Of a stretch of 64,000 nucleotides of DNA, positions 1-9,861 are shown one piece after another (positions within the stretch are counted from its first letter, which is position 1; every line of letters starts with the position of its first letter). This stretch comes from a virus, in IMG/VR virus record IMGVR_UViG_3300025101_002824, positions 50,085 through 114,084 of that record. One strand, given 5' to 3'. Both the position numbers and the translations under genes were made by a program. Below the pieces are notes generated by a model, which made no database searches, had not been told where the DNA came from, and saw only the letters and a list, made by a program, of their open reading frames with translations.

Positions 1-2
1 AT

Positions 3-2720
3 GGAAGACATGCTTCAGTATCATTAACACAACCACTACAATTTTTACCTGCTAAAGAAAAAGATGATAAGTGGGCTGCGTGGAATCTAGATTGGTTAGA
101 AAAAAGAGGTCTTGATTATCTTAGAGATAATGCAAGAAAAATATTAAAAAATTATAAACTTGCAAAAGGTATAATTGATAAAACAGATTATATTATTGAA
201 GATGATAATGACTATACAGATCTTATTAATATATTAACTAAAGAAGATCAAACAGCATTAGAGTTAAAATTTTATCCTATAATACCTAATGTAATTAATG
301 TTCTTGTTGGTGAGTTTTCAAAAAGATATTCTAAAGTTCAGTTTAGAGCTGTTGATGATACGTCTTATAATGAGATGTTAGAACAAAAAAGAATACAAAT
401 AGAAGAATCACTATTAACTGATGCAAGAAATCAGTTAATTATGAAAATGGTTCAACAAGGAGCTAATCCTGAATCAGAAGAGTTTCAACAAAATATTGCA
501 CCAGAAAAATTAAAAACATTACCAGAAATACAAGATTTCTTTTCTAAAGATTATAGAAGTTTAATAGAAGAATGGGCACATCATCAATTAAATGTTGATG
601 AAGAAAGATTTAAAATGCAAGAACTTGAAGAAAGAGCATTTAAAGATATGCTTATTTGTGATAGAGAATTTTGGCATTTCCGTATGATGGAAGATGACTA
701 TGATGTAGAATTATGGAATCCAGCATTAACATTTTATCAAAAATCTCCTGACTCAAGATATATATCTGATTCTAATTTTGCAGGTAAATGTGATATGATG
801 AGTGTAGCTGATGTTATTGATGTATATGGATATTTAATGACTGAAGATCAACTTACATCATTAGAACGTATTTATCCAGCTGCTAATGCAATTTATTTAG
901 ATAATGGTATGCAAAATGATGGTTCTTATTATGATGCTACTAGATCTCATGAATGGAATACACAAAGACCAGGTTTAGCATATAGAAAATTAGTTAGTAA
1001 TAGTGACATGAATGCCAGTCAATATGGAGGTGATGTTGTACAAGCTATATTATCAGAAGGTGATGATATAATGACATGGGGTGATTATAACATGATGCGT
1101 GTTACAACATGTTATTGGAAGACACAAAGAAAAGTTGGTCATTTAACTAGAATTACAGAAGATGGTGCTTTAATGCAAGAAATAGTTGATGAAACATATA
1201 AAGTTACAGATAAACCTGTATATAATACTAAATTATTTAAACAAAAAACAAAAGAAAATTTAATTCAAGGTGAGCATATTGATTATTTTTGGATTAATGA
1301 AGTATGGGGTGGTATTAAAATTGGACCTAATGGACCTACATCATGGAGAAATGATACATCAGATGAATCTCCAATATATTTAGGTATTAATAAACAAAAG
1401 CCAGGAAGAATAGAATATCAATTCAAAGGTGATAATTCTTTATATGGATGTAAACTACCAATAGAAGGAAGAGTATTTTCTGATAGAAATACAAGATCTA
1501 CATCACTTGTTGATTTAATGAAACCATATCAAATAGGTTATAATATGGTTAATAATCAAATAGCAGATATACTAGTAGATGAATTAGGTACTGTTATTAT
1601 GTTTGATCAAAATGCTTTACCACGACACTCAATGGGTGAAGATTGGGGTAAGAATAATTTAGCAAAAGCTTATGTAGCAATGAAAGATTTTGGTATGATG
1701 CCATTAGATACTTCTATTACTAATACAGAAAATGCTACTAATTTTAATCATTATCAAACATTAAACTTAGAACAAACAAATAGATTGATGTCAAGAATTC
1801 AATTAGCTAATCATTTTAAAGGTCAAGCATTTGAATCAATAGGTATTAATCCTCAAAGAATGGGAACTCCAATTGCACAACAAACAGCAACAGGTGTTAC
1901 TCAAGCAATGAATCAATCATATTCTCAAACAGAAATGTATTTTACACAGCATTCTGATCACTTAATGCCACGTGTACATCAAATGAGAACTGATTTATCT
2001 CAATATTATCATAGTACTAATCCTTCTGTTAGATTAAGTTATATTACTTCTGAGGCAGAAAAAGTTAATTTTCAAATTAATGGTACTAAACTTTTACTTA
2101 GAGATTTTAATGTATTTTGTACTACAAAAACAAATCATAGACAAATACTTGATCAATTAAAACAAATGGCTTTAACTAATAATACTACTGGTGCATCTAT
2201 ATATGATCTTGGTAATGTTATTAAAGCAACAAGTATAGCAGAAGTTACAGATGTGCTTAAAGATGCTGAGACTAAACAACAAACTCAACAACAGCAGCAA
2301 ATGCAACAACAGCAACAAATGGCTGAACAACAGCAACAAGCTGCAGCACAAGAAGCTGAAGCACAAAGACAGTTCCAAGCACAACAAGATGATAAAGATA
2401 GACAAAAAGATATTACTGTTGCAGAAATTAGAGCTGCTGGTTATGGATCTATGCAAGATATAAATCAAAATCAACAGAGTGATTTCCAAGATGCAATGGA
2501 AGATATACGTAAAAGAGATGAGTATAGAGAACAAATGAACTTCAAACGTGAGCAAGCAACTACAAAAAATACTTTTGAAAAATCTAAATTACAAATTGAA
2601 AGAGAAAAACTTGCTACTCAAAGACAAATAGCTGAAAAGAATTTAGCAATTGCACGTGAAAATAAAAACAAATATGATGTAGAAAAAACTACCAAACCAT
2701 CTAAAAAAGATAAGAAATAG
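3..2720 (+). CDS. Portal protein, crAss-like (5'-truncated by window edge)
   Basis: The frame of the 375..2720 ORF is open back to position 3 (GRHASVSLTQPLQFLPAKEKDDKWAAWNLDWLE...LKFYPIIPNVINVLVGEF), so the true start is upstream of the window. Segments SLVDLMKPYQIGYN, GINPQRMG, TATGV and a Q-rich coiled-coil C-terminus are typical of crAss-like portals; located upstream of scaffold and MCP. Confidence 0.85.
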   Translation, partial: GRHASVSLTQPLQFLPAKEKDDKWAAWNLDWLEKRGLDYLRDNARKILKNYKLAKGIIDKTDYIIEDDNDYTDLINILTKEDQTALELKFYPIIPNVINVLVGEFSKRYSKVQFRAVDDTSYNEMLEQKRIQIEESLLTDARNQLIMKMVQQGANPESEEFQQNIAPEKLKTLPEIQDFFSKDYRSLIEEWAHHQLNVDEERFKMQELEERAFKDMLICDREFWHFRMMEDDYDVELWNPALTFYQKSPDSRYISDSNFAGKCDMMSVADVIDVYGYLMTEDQLTSLERIYPAANAIYLDNGMQNDGSYYDATRSHEWNTQRPGLAYRKLVSNSDMNASQYGGDVVQAILSEGDDIMTWGDYNMMRVTTCYWKTQRKVGHLTRITEDGALMQEIVDETYKVTDKPVYNTKLFKQKTKENLIQGEHIDYFWINEVWGGIKIGPNGPTSWRNDTSDESPIYLGINKQKPGRIEYQFKGDNSLYGCKLPIEGRVFSDRNTRSTSLVDLMKPYQIGYNMVNNQIADILVDELGTVIMFDQNALPRHSMGEDWGKNNLAKAYVAMKDFGMMPLDTSITNTENATNFNHYQTLNLEQTNRLMSRIQLANHFKGQAFESIGINPQRMGTPIAQQTATGVTQAMNQSYSQTEMYFTQHSDHLMPRVHQMRTDLSQYYHSTNPSVRLSYITSEAEKVNFQINGTKLLLRDFNVFCTTKTNHRQILDQLKQMALTNNTTGASIYDLGNVIKATSIAEVTDVLKDAETKQQTQQQQQMQQQQQMAEQQQQAAAQEAEAQRQFQAQQDDKDRQKDITVAEIRAAGYGSMQDINQNQQSDFQDAMEDIRKRDEYREQMNFKREQATTKNTFEKSKLQIEREKLATQRQIAEKNLAIARENKNKYDVEKTTKPSKKDKK
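2272..2390 (+). repeat. Low-complexity Gln-rich (CAA/CAG) tract in portal C-terminus
   Basis: Encodes KQQTQQQQQMQQQQQMAEQQQQAAAQEAEAQRQFQAQQ. Confidence 0.8.
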
Positions 2721-2788
2721 TATACTTAGCTATATACTACAAAAAATCTTTCTTTTTTTTTAAATTTAAATGGTTTATGGTATAAAAC

Positions 2789-2809
2789 TTTTGTATATTA
2801 TATATGTAA
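2789..2809 (+). promoter_or_regulatory. Putative phage late promoter motif, copy 1
   Basis: ttttGTATATTATATATGTAa, intergenic, about 30 nt before the scaffold-like gene; similar copies at 7726, 9104, 15231, 18289, 30402, 63548. Confidence 0.7.
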
Positions 2810-2841
2810 TAACCAGTAAATAATAATAAAACCATATAATT

Positions 2842-4140
2842 ATGTCAGAAAAAATGCAAGAAACGACAACAGTAAAAGAAGTAGATGTAAACTTGGATGA
2901 GATCTTTAACGGTGCTCCAGGAGCAGATTCTGTTGTTACTCCAGAAACAAAAAAACCTAATGTATTTTCAAAACCAGAAAAAGTTGATTTATCATTTTTA
3001 GATGGTAAAGAAGAACCTAAAGCTGAAGAAATAAAAGAAGATACAAAAGAAGAAATTAAAGTTGAAGCTAAACAAGAAGAAGTTAAGACTGAAGTAAAAG
3101 AAACTACTACAGAAGAAAAAGTTTCTAAAGATGAGGTAGATGAAATACTTAATGAAGGTTTAGATTTAGCTGAAAAAGAAGATGAAAAATCTACAACATC
3201 AGGTAGAAGGAGAATGAGTGATATGACTGATGTCTTCAAAAAAATGATTGAAGATGAACAAATTATTCCTTTTGATGATGATAAAAATTTAGATGATTAT
3301 ACTGCAAAAGATTGGAAAGAGCTTATCCAAGCTAATATGGATGATAGAGCTAATAAAGTTAGAAAAGAAACACCAAAACAATTTTTTAATAGTTTACCAC
3401 AAGAATTACAAGTTGCTGCAAAATATGTAGCTGACGGTGGCACAGATCTTAAAGGATTATTTGGTGCATTAGCTCAAGTAGAACAAGTGCGTGAACTTTC
3501 ATTAGATAATGAAGATGGTCAAGCTCATATTGTTAGAGAATATTTAACAGCTACAGGATATGGAAGTGCAGAAGATATTCAAGAAGAAATAGAAATTTGG
3601 AAAGATCTTGGTAAACTTGAAAAACAAGCAAGCAAGTTTAAACCAAAATTAGATAAAATGCAAGAGCAAGTTGTAGCAAGAAAATTACAACAACAAGAAC
3701 AAATGAAAGCTCAACAACAAAAAGCATCAGAAAATTATATGGCCAATGTGTATGATACACTTAAAGATGGTAAAGTAGGTGATATGAAAGTTAATAAAAA
3801 GACTCAAGCTCTTTTATATAACGGATTAGTTAATCCAGCTTACCCATCTATTAATGGCTCACAAACAAACTTATTAGGTCACTTATTAGAAAAGTATCAA
3901 TTTGTAGAACCAAACTATAATTTAGTTACAGAAGCATTATGGCTTTTAGCTGATCCAAAAGGATATAAAGATCAACTTATGTCTAAAGGAACAAATAAAG
4001 CAGTTGAACAAACAGTTAGAAAATTAAAAACTGCTCAGTCAACTAAAAAACATTCTAGCGGTGGAGTAACTTCAAATGAAAAGCCAAGTTCTAACAGACG
4101 TACTCTTCCAAGAAGTTCTAATATATTTAAAAGATTTTAA
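2842..4140 (+). CDS. Putative capsid scaffolding / conserved crAss-like structural protein
   Basis: 432 aa, acidic low-complexity N-terminus followed by a helical region; lies between portal and MCP as in crAss-like phages. Confidence 0.65.
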   Translation: MSEKMQETTTVKEVDVNLDEIFNGAPGADSVVTPETKKPNVFSKPEKVDLSFLDGKEEPKAEEIKEDTKEEIKVEAKQEEVKTEVKETTTEEKVSKDEVDEILNEGLDLAEKEDEKSTTSGRRRMSDMTDVFKKMIEDEQIIPFDDDKNLDDYTAKDWKELIQANMDDRANKVRKETPKQFFNSLPQELQVAAKYVADGGTDLKGLFGALAQVEQVRELSLDNEDGQAHIVREYLTATGYGSAEDIQEEIEIWKDLGKLEKQASKFKPKLDKMQEQVVARKLQQQEQMKAQQQKASENYMANVYDTLKDGKVGDMKVNKKTQALLYNGLVNPAYPSINGSQTNLLGHLLEKYQFVEPNYNLVTEALWLLADPKGYKDQLMSKGTNKAVEQTVRKLKTAQSTKKHSSGGVTSNEKPSSNRRTLPRSSNIFKRF

Positions 4141-4182
4141 CATAGACAACAACAATAATTATTAATTTTAAAAAGTGAAAAA

Positions 4183-5808
4183 ATGGCAACACCGGTTTTA
4201 AACAATGGTCTCTTTCTAAGAGACACGTCTTACCAGGCTAGTTCTCATATTGATTCATATCACTTAACACAAATGCTTGGTGATGCAGAGCCAATGGACA
4301 TGGGTCCAGTGGAACTGTGGGCTATGACGCAAAAGGTAGAAATGCCTTTGTATCAAATGGCATCGTTTGGTGGTAAGAACACAATTATGGTGGACAATGC
4401 TAGAGGTGAGTACAAATGGCAAACACCTGTTTCTCAGTCTCTTCCTATGTCAATGGGCATAAGTGGATTAACTGATGGAGACGGGAAAGATGGTGAACCT
4501 TTCAAAATCAGACTTTCTAAAAGAGAGTTTGGTCATGGGGACATCATTACTTATGATAAGTACAATGGTCTTGAACTTTACATTACTGCAGATGACATTG
4601 TCCCTGTAGGAGATGGATGGGTTTATACTTGTACTTTAGTTAATAACGCTACTGGCACAGGTATTGAAACAAAATACTTTGCTGCTGGTACTAAATTCTT
4701 CAGAAAAGGTTCTGCAAGGGGTGAATACGGAGAAAGATTCTCTGATATTCAAACAGGAGCAGGATTCAGAGAATTCTACAACTTTGTTGGAGGAGCTGAA
4801 GCACACGTACATTATTCAGTTTCATCACGTGCTGATCTTATGATCAAAGGTGGTATGAATGCTGATGGTACTGTACCTGTAACTGAAATTTGGAGAAACT
4901 TTGACAAAAACCTAGATCCTTCTTTAGATTCTATTGAGTCAATTGCAGGAGCAATGGGTAAAGATTACATTAAAAAAGCATTTGATAATGGTTCTCTTTC
5001 TAGAACGTTCTTAACGTCTCTTGAAGCAGCACACCTTACTAAAATTGCTAATGACATTGAATGTTATTTAATGTGGGGTCATGGTGGTAGAGTTAGACAA
5101 GACGGTCCAGATGACATCAGACTTTCTGTTGGTCTTTGGAAGCAGTTAGATAACTCTTTCAAACGTGTATACAACAAATCTGCATTTAGCTTAGATATGT
5201 TCAAAAATGAACTATATAACTTCTATGCTGGTAAAGTAGAATTTGATGGTCCAGATCCAAAGAGACAATTAGTTGTTCAAACTGGAATTGGAGGTATGCA
5301 ATTAGTAAATGAAGCTATTAGAGTTGAAGCTAATGGAACTTCAGCAGGTTTAGGTGCTGTTACAAACTTAGATAACATTGGTGCTATTACTGGATCTGGT
5401 ATGGATTTAGGGTATGGATATGCATACACTAGCTTTATCATTCCTTTCTTAGCTAATGTTAAATTTGTATTGAATCCAGCATTTGATAACTTAAATACTA
5501 ATGACATTGAAAATCCATTAGTAGATGGTCGTCCATTATCTTCTTACAGCTTCATCATCTTTGATGTAACTGATGAAGGAAATGACAACATCTTCTTATT
5601 AAAGCTTTCTTGGGATAATGCTCTTAAGTGGTTCTACCAAAATGGTACTATGGACTACATGGGAAGAACTCAAGGATTTGCTTCTTCAGGACACTTCAAT
5701 GGTTATCGTGTAATGATGACACAAACCATGCCTTCTGTTTGGGTAAAAGACCCAACTAAGGTATTAAAGATTGTTATGAGAAACCCAGTAACTGGAGGAT
5801 CATTCTAA
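4183..5808 (+). CDS. Major capsid protein (HK97 fold, crAss-like)
   Basis: 541 aa, synteny after portal and scaffold, visibly more C-ending codons (ttc/aac/gac/tac) suggesting high expression, followed by a terminator hairpin; C-terminal VWVKDPTK resembles crAss-like MCPs. Confidence 0.85.
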   Translation: MATPVLNNGLFLRDTSYQASSHIDSYHLTQMLGDAEPMDMGPVELWAMTQKVEMPLYQMASFGGKNTIMVDNARGEYKWQTPVSQSLPMSMGISGLTDGDGKDGEPFKIRLSKREFGHGDIITYDKYNGLELYITADDIVPVGDGWVYTCTLVNNATGTGIETKYFAAGTKFFRKGSARGEYGERFSDIQTGAGFREFYNFVGGAEAHVHYSVSSRADLMIKGGMNADGTVPVTEIWRNFDKNLDPSLDSIESIAGAMGKDYIKKAFDNGSLSRTFLTSLEAAHLTKIANDIECYLMWGHGGRVRQDGPDDIRLSVGLWKQLDNSFKRVYNKSAFSLDMFKNELYNFYAGKVEFDGPDPKRQLVVQTGIGGMQLVNEAIRVEANGTSAGLGAVTNLDNIGAITGSGMDLGYGYAYTSFIIPFLANVKFVLNPAFDNLNTNDIENPLVDGRPLSSYSFIIFDVTDEGNDNIFLLKLSWDNALKWFYQNGTMDYMGRTQGFASSGHFNGYRVMMTQTMPSVWVKDPTKVLKIVMRNPVTGGSF

Positions 5809-5828
5809 TCAATATATATTATGAAATG

Positions 5829-5861
5829 AGGGGGAGCCAAGTGCTCCTCCCTATTTCTTTT
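5829..5861 (+). terminator. Intrinsic terminator after MCP
   Basis: GC-rich stem agggggagc-caagt-gctcctccct followed by atttctttt. Confidence 0.7.
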
Positions 5862-5895
5862 AAACCAAAATTAAAAACTGATTAAAACTATTAAA

Positions 5896-6909
5896 ATGGA
5901 AAATGTAACTATTACAGAAAAAACTAACGCTGTTAAAGACAGCACAATTGCTATTAGACCATTTTTTAATCCTGATATAGAAAATATGGGATTAGAAAAA
6001 TATAATATGACATTGTATGAAGGAGCTTTTCATAGTGAAAGTATTATATGTCTAGAAAGAAATGGAATACTAAGATATGTAACTGGTCTTAATGAATTTG
6101 CACCAGAAATAAAAACACTACCAGCAGATGAAAAAGCTGCAAAAGTAAAACAAATAAGAAAGCACGTTGTAGAATTAGAAAAAGAATTAGCAGCTAATGT
6201 TATTAGTGAAAATGATCCAGAATTCTGGAGTAAAGTTCAAGTAGTTAGACCTGATAACAAAGCTTTTTGGAATAAAATAACAATTAAAGTAGGTAATGAT
6301 CCTGTATTTATTGATCCTAAAGTTGATCCATATGATAGAATAAAACTTTTAGCTATTGAAGCAGGTGGATTTTCTTTAGTTGCTCCAAATTTAGAAACTG
6401 CAAAAAGAATTGGTAAATATAAATTTTATTTAGATAAAGTAAAAGAAACTGCAGGAACAAGAACTAAAGATGCTAAAATTAGAAATAAAGCTCTTGGTAT
6501 TTTAAGTGATTTATATGATGAAGATAAAAATAAACTTATGCATATGATAAAATTGTTTACTTATAATAGTTCTCAGTTTACTGAATCAACTCCATTAGAT
6601 ATATTATATGAAGAAGCAGATTCTTATATTAATGGAGATGGAAGAGAATCAGATGTTAATTTAGCAGCTAAAAACTTTATTGATGCATCTAGAATGGATA
6701 TGGAAGATTTAAGAATTAACTCTATGGTTAAAGATGCTTTAGCTTTAAATATTTTAACTACAAGATCTGATGGTTATATACATCATAAAAAGACAAGTAG
6801 TAAAATAGCTACTACTAGACCTGGAGTTGTAGAATTTTTAAAGAATCCTGTTAATGATGAAATGTTAATGGATATTAAAAAACAAGTTGAATTAGTATTA
6901 GCTACATAA
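5896..6909 (+). CDS. Conserved crAss-like structural-module protein following MCP
   Basis: 337 aa ORF directly downstream of MCP; assignment by synteny only. Confidence 0.55.
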   Translation: MENVTITEKTNAVKDSTIAIRPFFNPDIENMGLEKYNMTLYEGAFHSESIICLERNGILRYVTGLNEFAPEIKTLPADEKAAKVKQIRKHVVELEKELAANVISENDPEFWSKVQVVRPDNKAFWNKITIKVGNDPVFIDPKVDPYDRIKLLAIEAGGFSLVAPNLETAKRIGKYKFYLDKVKETAGTRTKDAKIRNKALGILSDLYDEDKNKLMHMIKLFTYNSSQFTESTPLDILYEEADSYINGDGRESDVNLAAKNFIDASRMDMEDLRINSMVKDALALNILTTRSDGYIHHKKTSSKIATTRPGVVEFLKNPVNDEMLMDIKKQVELVLAT

Positions 6910-6912
6910 AAA

Positions 6913-7617
6913 ATGAATATTACTACACTACAAATAAAATTTAGACAAAGGCTTAACAAGCTTGCAAGTAATGACTATGATAATATAGAATGTTGGCAAA
7001 TTGTTGAATCTTTTAATAAAGCTCAAATTGAATGGTGTAGAAAACAACTTCATGGTACAAATGCATATAGAGAAGGAGATGAAGCATCTAAAAGACGTAT
7101 TGATGATCTTCAGATCCTTCTTACTACGCAACCTGTAACTGGTTCAATACAAGATGATTATCTTCTAGGAACTAATTTTCCAAATAATTATTTAGAATTT
7201 AAAAGGGTTGACACAGACGCAACAACAGAATGCTGTAAAAAAGATCCTAGATCAATGACAGTTTATTTAGCTGAAGAAGCTAATGTTGATGTAATAATGC
7301 GTGATCCTTTAAAAAGACCTGATTTTGAATGGGGTGAAACATTTTGCACATTAGCAAATAATACAATAAGGATATACAAAAGAGAATTTGATATTGTAAA
7401 TCCTAGAATAACTTTTTATAGAAAACCTAGAAATATACAAATAGCAGGTTGTTCTGATCCATATTTAAATGTAATCTCTGCAGCAGATGTAGAGCCTGAA
7501 TTTAAAGATGATATAGTTGAATTAATTATTGATGAAGCTTGTACAATTGTTGCAGGTGATATTAATGATGCAAACAATTATATAAGAGGATCACAATCAG
7601 CAGAAAAAAATAATTAA
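6913..7617 (+). CDS. Putative tail ring / head-tail adaptor protein
   Basis: 234 aa; FNKAQ...RRIDDL...YRKP...ELIIDEA pattern resembles adaptor/ring proteins of crAss-like phages; synteny. Confidence 0.6.
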   Translation: MNITTLQIKFRQRLNKLASNDYDNIECWQIVESFNKAQIEWCRKQLHGTNAYREGDEASKRRIDDLQILLTTQPVTGSIQDDYLLGTNFPNNYLEFKRVDTDATTECCKKDPRSMTVYLAEEANVDVIMRDPLKRPDFEWGETFCTLANNTIRIYKREFDIVNPRITFYRKPRNIQIAGCSDPYLNVISAADVEPEFKDDIVELIIDEACTIVAGDINDANNYIRGSQSAEKNN

Positions 7618-7619
7618 TT

Positions 7620-7727
7620 ATGAAAGCAAAGAAACCTAAAACAGCAAAAGTAATGGCTAAGTCAGTATATAAAAAAGGCGGTAGCACAAAAAAGAAGAAA
7701 AAAGTTAGTAAAAAGAAAAAATATTAA
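7620..7727 (+). CDS. 35-aa lysine-rich microprotein (not in ORF track)
   Basis: ATG 2 nt after the upstream stop; MKAKKPKTAKVMAKSVYKKGGSTKKKKKVSKKKKY*, 17 Lys and no acidic residues. Confidence 0.65.
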   Translation: MKAKKPKTAKVMAKSVYKKGGSTKKKKKVSKKKKY

Positions 7728-7743
7728 GTATATTAATATAGAA
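7726..7743 (+). promoter_or_regulatory. Putative late promoter motif, copy 2 (variant)
   Basis: aaGTATATTAATATAGAa upstream of the 393-aa gene. Confidence 0.5.
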
Positions 7744-7845
7744 GGGATAAGAGTTTAGGTTTGGGTACTTTTATCTTGGATTTAACAAACCCATTCTTTT
7801 TGTTATAAAAAAAGCCCTCTGAGTAAAGTAGGAGGCATTATAAAA

Positions 7846-9027
7846 ATGGCGTATTTTAATCATGCTTACGTTAAAGGTATGTTAGCTACAGGTATAGAAG
7901 ACCTGAAAGATCAAGCTACTACAGCCCTTGGCGCAGCAGAACTTGGTTTAGTTAATGCTGGGACCTACCAAACAGTAGTTTTCCCAACATCTGCATCAGC
8001 AGCAGCTATACCTGCTGAATTTATGTTAGTTCTTGGTAACTATAACCAAACAGACACACTTGGTAATAACCCTGCAAGAGGTGGTTATGCTGAGTCAATC
8101 AAAACAAAAGTTATTAAAAAAAATTATGTAAGAGCTCTTTGGAGTGCACCTTGTGTTACTACAGCTGCTGAATACATTGAAATTGAAATTCCTGATGGAT
8201 GTTTCAAATGTGATGGATCTACAGCTGATCAAAATCAATTAAGACTTGATATTAAAGGTGATGAAGCATTACGTTTCTTAAACAGATTTTCTTATGCTGT
8301 TTTAGATTACAGAGAGTGTTGTGCAAGTGGTACTGATGTTCCTGGTGCAACTGTTGTAACTGCATGGGTAGATAGAATTAATAAAGATCCTTTATTAAAT
8401 CCATTTATGACTGCTTCAGCTGTAGCTGGTGGTTCTGGTAATAACAAGTTAAAGTTAGTTATTGACTATACTGCAACTTTCTTTGACAACTGTTCTTATG
8501 ATACAAGAGATCATTATGGAGTTGCTCCATTAAGAGTTTCTGCATCTCCAGTAGATGATGATGGTAATGCATGTACAAACACATGTATGACTGCTGCTGT
8601 ATCTGGTGTAGCTGTTTCTAACTTTGGTGAAAAGGAAGCATTTGCAATTGCTGTTAAGAAAGAAACTACAGGAGAACAAGTTATTGAATATCTTATTCTT
8701 GATGGTAGATACAGACAAGATGGTGGTTGGAATCAAGGTAATAAAGATTCTGCTAGAATTAGAGAAATTCAACACGGAGATGAATTACTTAAATGTGGTG
8801 CTGCTTTAGTTGATAGAAGTGCATTCTACAAAGTTTATTACATACAACATACAGTGCCTAGATTTAACAATCCAACTGGAGTATTTGATAATGATCAATA
8901 TTTATATAAAATATTTGTTCCTTGTTTAAGTGGAGCAGATCCTCATCCAAATATTGCAAAAATGGAACACTTAATGGGTTCTATAGCTGCTGCAAGTGGT
9001 GTAACATACACTGAGTATGCTGTATAA
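7846..9027 (+). CDS. Abundant structural protein, probable auxiliary capsid/decoration protein
   Basis: 393 aa, own promoter-like motif and terminator, MCP-like codon bias; occupies the position of a conserved crAss-like structural gene. Confidence 0.55.
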   Translation: MAYFNHAYVKGMLATGIEDLKDQATTALGAAELGLVNAGTYQTVVFPTSASAAAIPAEFMLVLGNYNQTDTLGNNPARGGYAESIKTKVIKKNYVRALWSAPCVTTAAEYIEIEIPDGCFKCDGSTADQNQLRLDIKGDEALRFLNRFSYAVLDYRECCASGTDVPGATVVTAWVDRINKDPLLNPFMTASAVAGGSGNNKLKLVIDYTATFFDNCSYDTRDHYGVAPLRVSASPVDDDGNACTNTCMTAAVSGVAVSNFGEKEAFAIAVKKETTGEQVIEYLILDGRYRQDGGWNQGNKDSARIREIQHGDELLKCGAALVDRSAFYKVYYIQHTVPRFNNPTGVFDNDQYLYKIFVPCLSGADPHPNIAKMEHLMGSIAAASGVTYTEYAV

Positions 9028-9050
9028 TTAATATTTAGTTAGTATTTATT

Positions 9051-9090
9051 AAAAAGGGCAGGTGAAATATTCCTGCTCTTTTTTTTTTCT
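9051..9090 (+). terminator. Intrinsic terminator (possibly bidirectional)
   Basis: aaaaagggcagg-tgaaatatt-cctgctctttttttttt. Confidence 0.85.
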
Positions 9091-9103
9091 TTTTATTAAT
9101 TAA

Positions 9104-9124
9104 TTTTGTATATTATTAATAGAT
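9104..9124 (+). promoter_or_regulatory. Putative late promoter motif, copy 3
   Basis: ttttGTATATTATTAATAGAt immediately after the terminator and about 30 nt before ATG 9155. Confidence 0.65.
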
Positions 9125-9154
9125 ACTCTTTGTATTTAAGACTAAAATAAAATT

Positions 9155-9700
9155 ATGGCAGCTAAACACATATTAAGCTTAGAAGTTTTACCTGTATCAA
9201 ATCCTGAAGTACTCAGTATTAAAGATACTAGTACATATGCAAAAAATATAAAAATAGATTGTCCTGAATTATTAGTTACAGTTCCAGGATTTAATAGACC
9301 TGCACTTATTAAAGTAACAGAAGGATTTGATCTAACAATTAATGCTTGTGCATTAAATGTACAAACAAAAAACTGTAATAATACAAGAGTTATTATACCA
9401 GATGGATTATATATTATAAGGTATCAAGTTAGTCCTCATGACAAAGCTTATGTAGAGTATAATCATTTAAGAATCACAAACATAATGAATCAATACTATG
9501 ATAAAATGTGTTTACTTGATATAACTCCTTGTGAGCCATCATATGATAGAAAAAAATTACTTGATCAATTAAGTGATATAAAAGTATATATAGATGCTGC
9601 AAAAGCTAAAGTAGAATATGCAGCTAATCCCCAGGCAGGCTTAGAGTTATTTAATTTTGCAAAAAAGAAATTAGATAAAATAACTTGTCCAACATGTTAA
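9155..9700 (+). CDS. Putative structural protein (tail hub/fibre-associated)
   Basis: 181 aa, IPDGLYIIRY beta-rich N-part, helical C-part ending CPTC; synteny only. Confidence 0.5.
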   Translation: MAAKHILSLEVLPVSNPEVLSIKDTSTYAKNIKIDCPELLVTVPGFNRPALIKVTEGFDLTINACALNVQTKNCNNTRVIIPDGLYIIRYQVSPHDKAYVEYNHLRITNIMNQYYDKMCLLDITPCEPSYDRKKLLDQLSDIKVYIDAAKAKVEYAANPQAGLELFNFAKKKLDKITCPTC

Positions 9701-9718
9701 CCAATAAACCAAATAAAT

Positions 9719-9859
9719 ATGGCAGCAAATTGTACACATTGTAAACGAGCAATAGGATGCGGATGTCAACAAACAACTGCATCTGATGGAAAAATTGTTT
9801 GCAAAACCTGTGAAAAAGCTTATGAAGCAGCATTAGAAGCAGGATTAGTTAAAAAATAA
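9719..9859 (+). CDS. 46-aa Cys-rich zinc-finger-like microprotein (not in ORF track)
   Basis: MAANCTHCKRAIGCGCQQTTASDGKIVCKTCEKAYEAALEAGLVKK*; fills the gap exactly, stop 2 nt before the next ATG; CxxC...CGC...CxxC. Confidence 0.75.
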   Translation: MAANCTHCKRAIGCGCQQTTASDGKIVCKTCEKAYEAALEAGLVKK

Positions 9860-9861
9860 GG

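Noticed and set aside
375-377. ATG 375 as the portal start
   Set aside because: The frame is open with portal-like sequence back to position 3; the real start lies outside the window.
2718-2760. tagtata/tatacta inverted repeat plus T-run after the portal as a terminator
   Set aside because: AT-rich weak stem with a T-run that is not adjacent; insufficient support.
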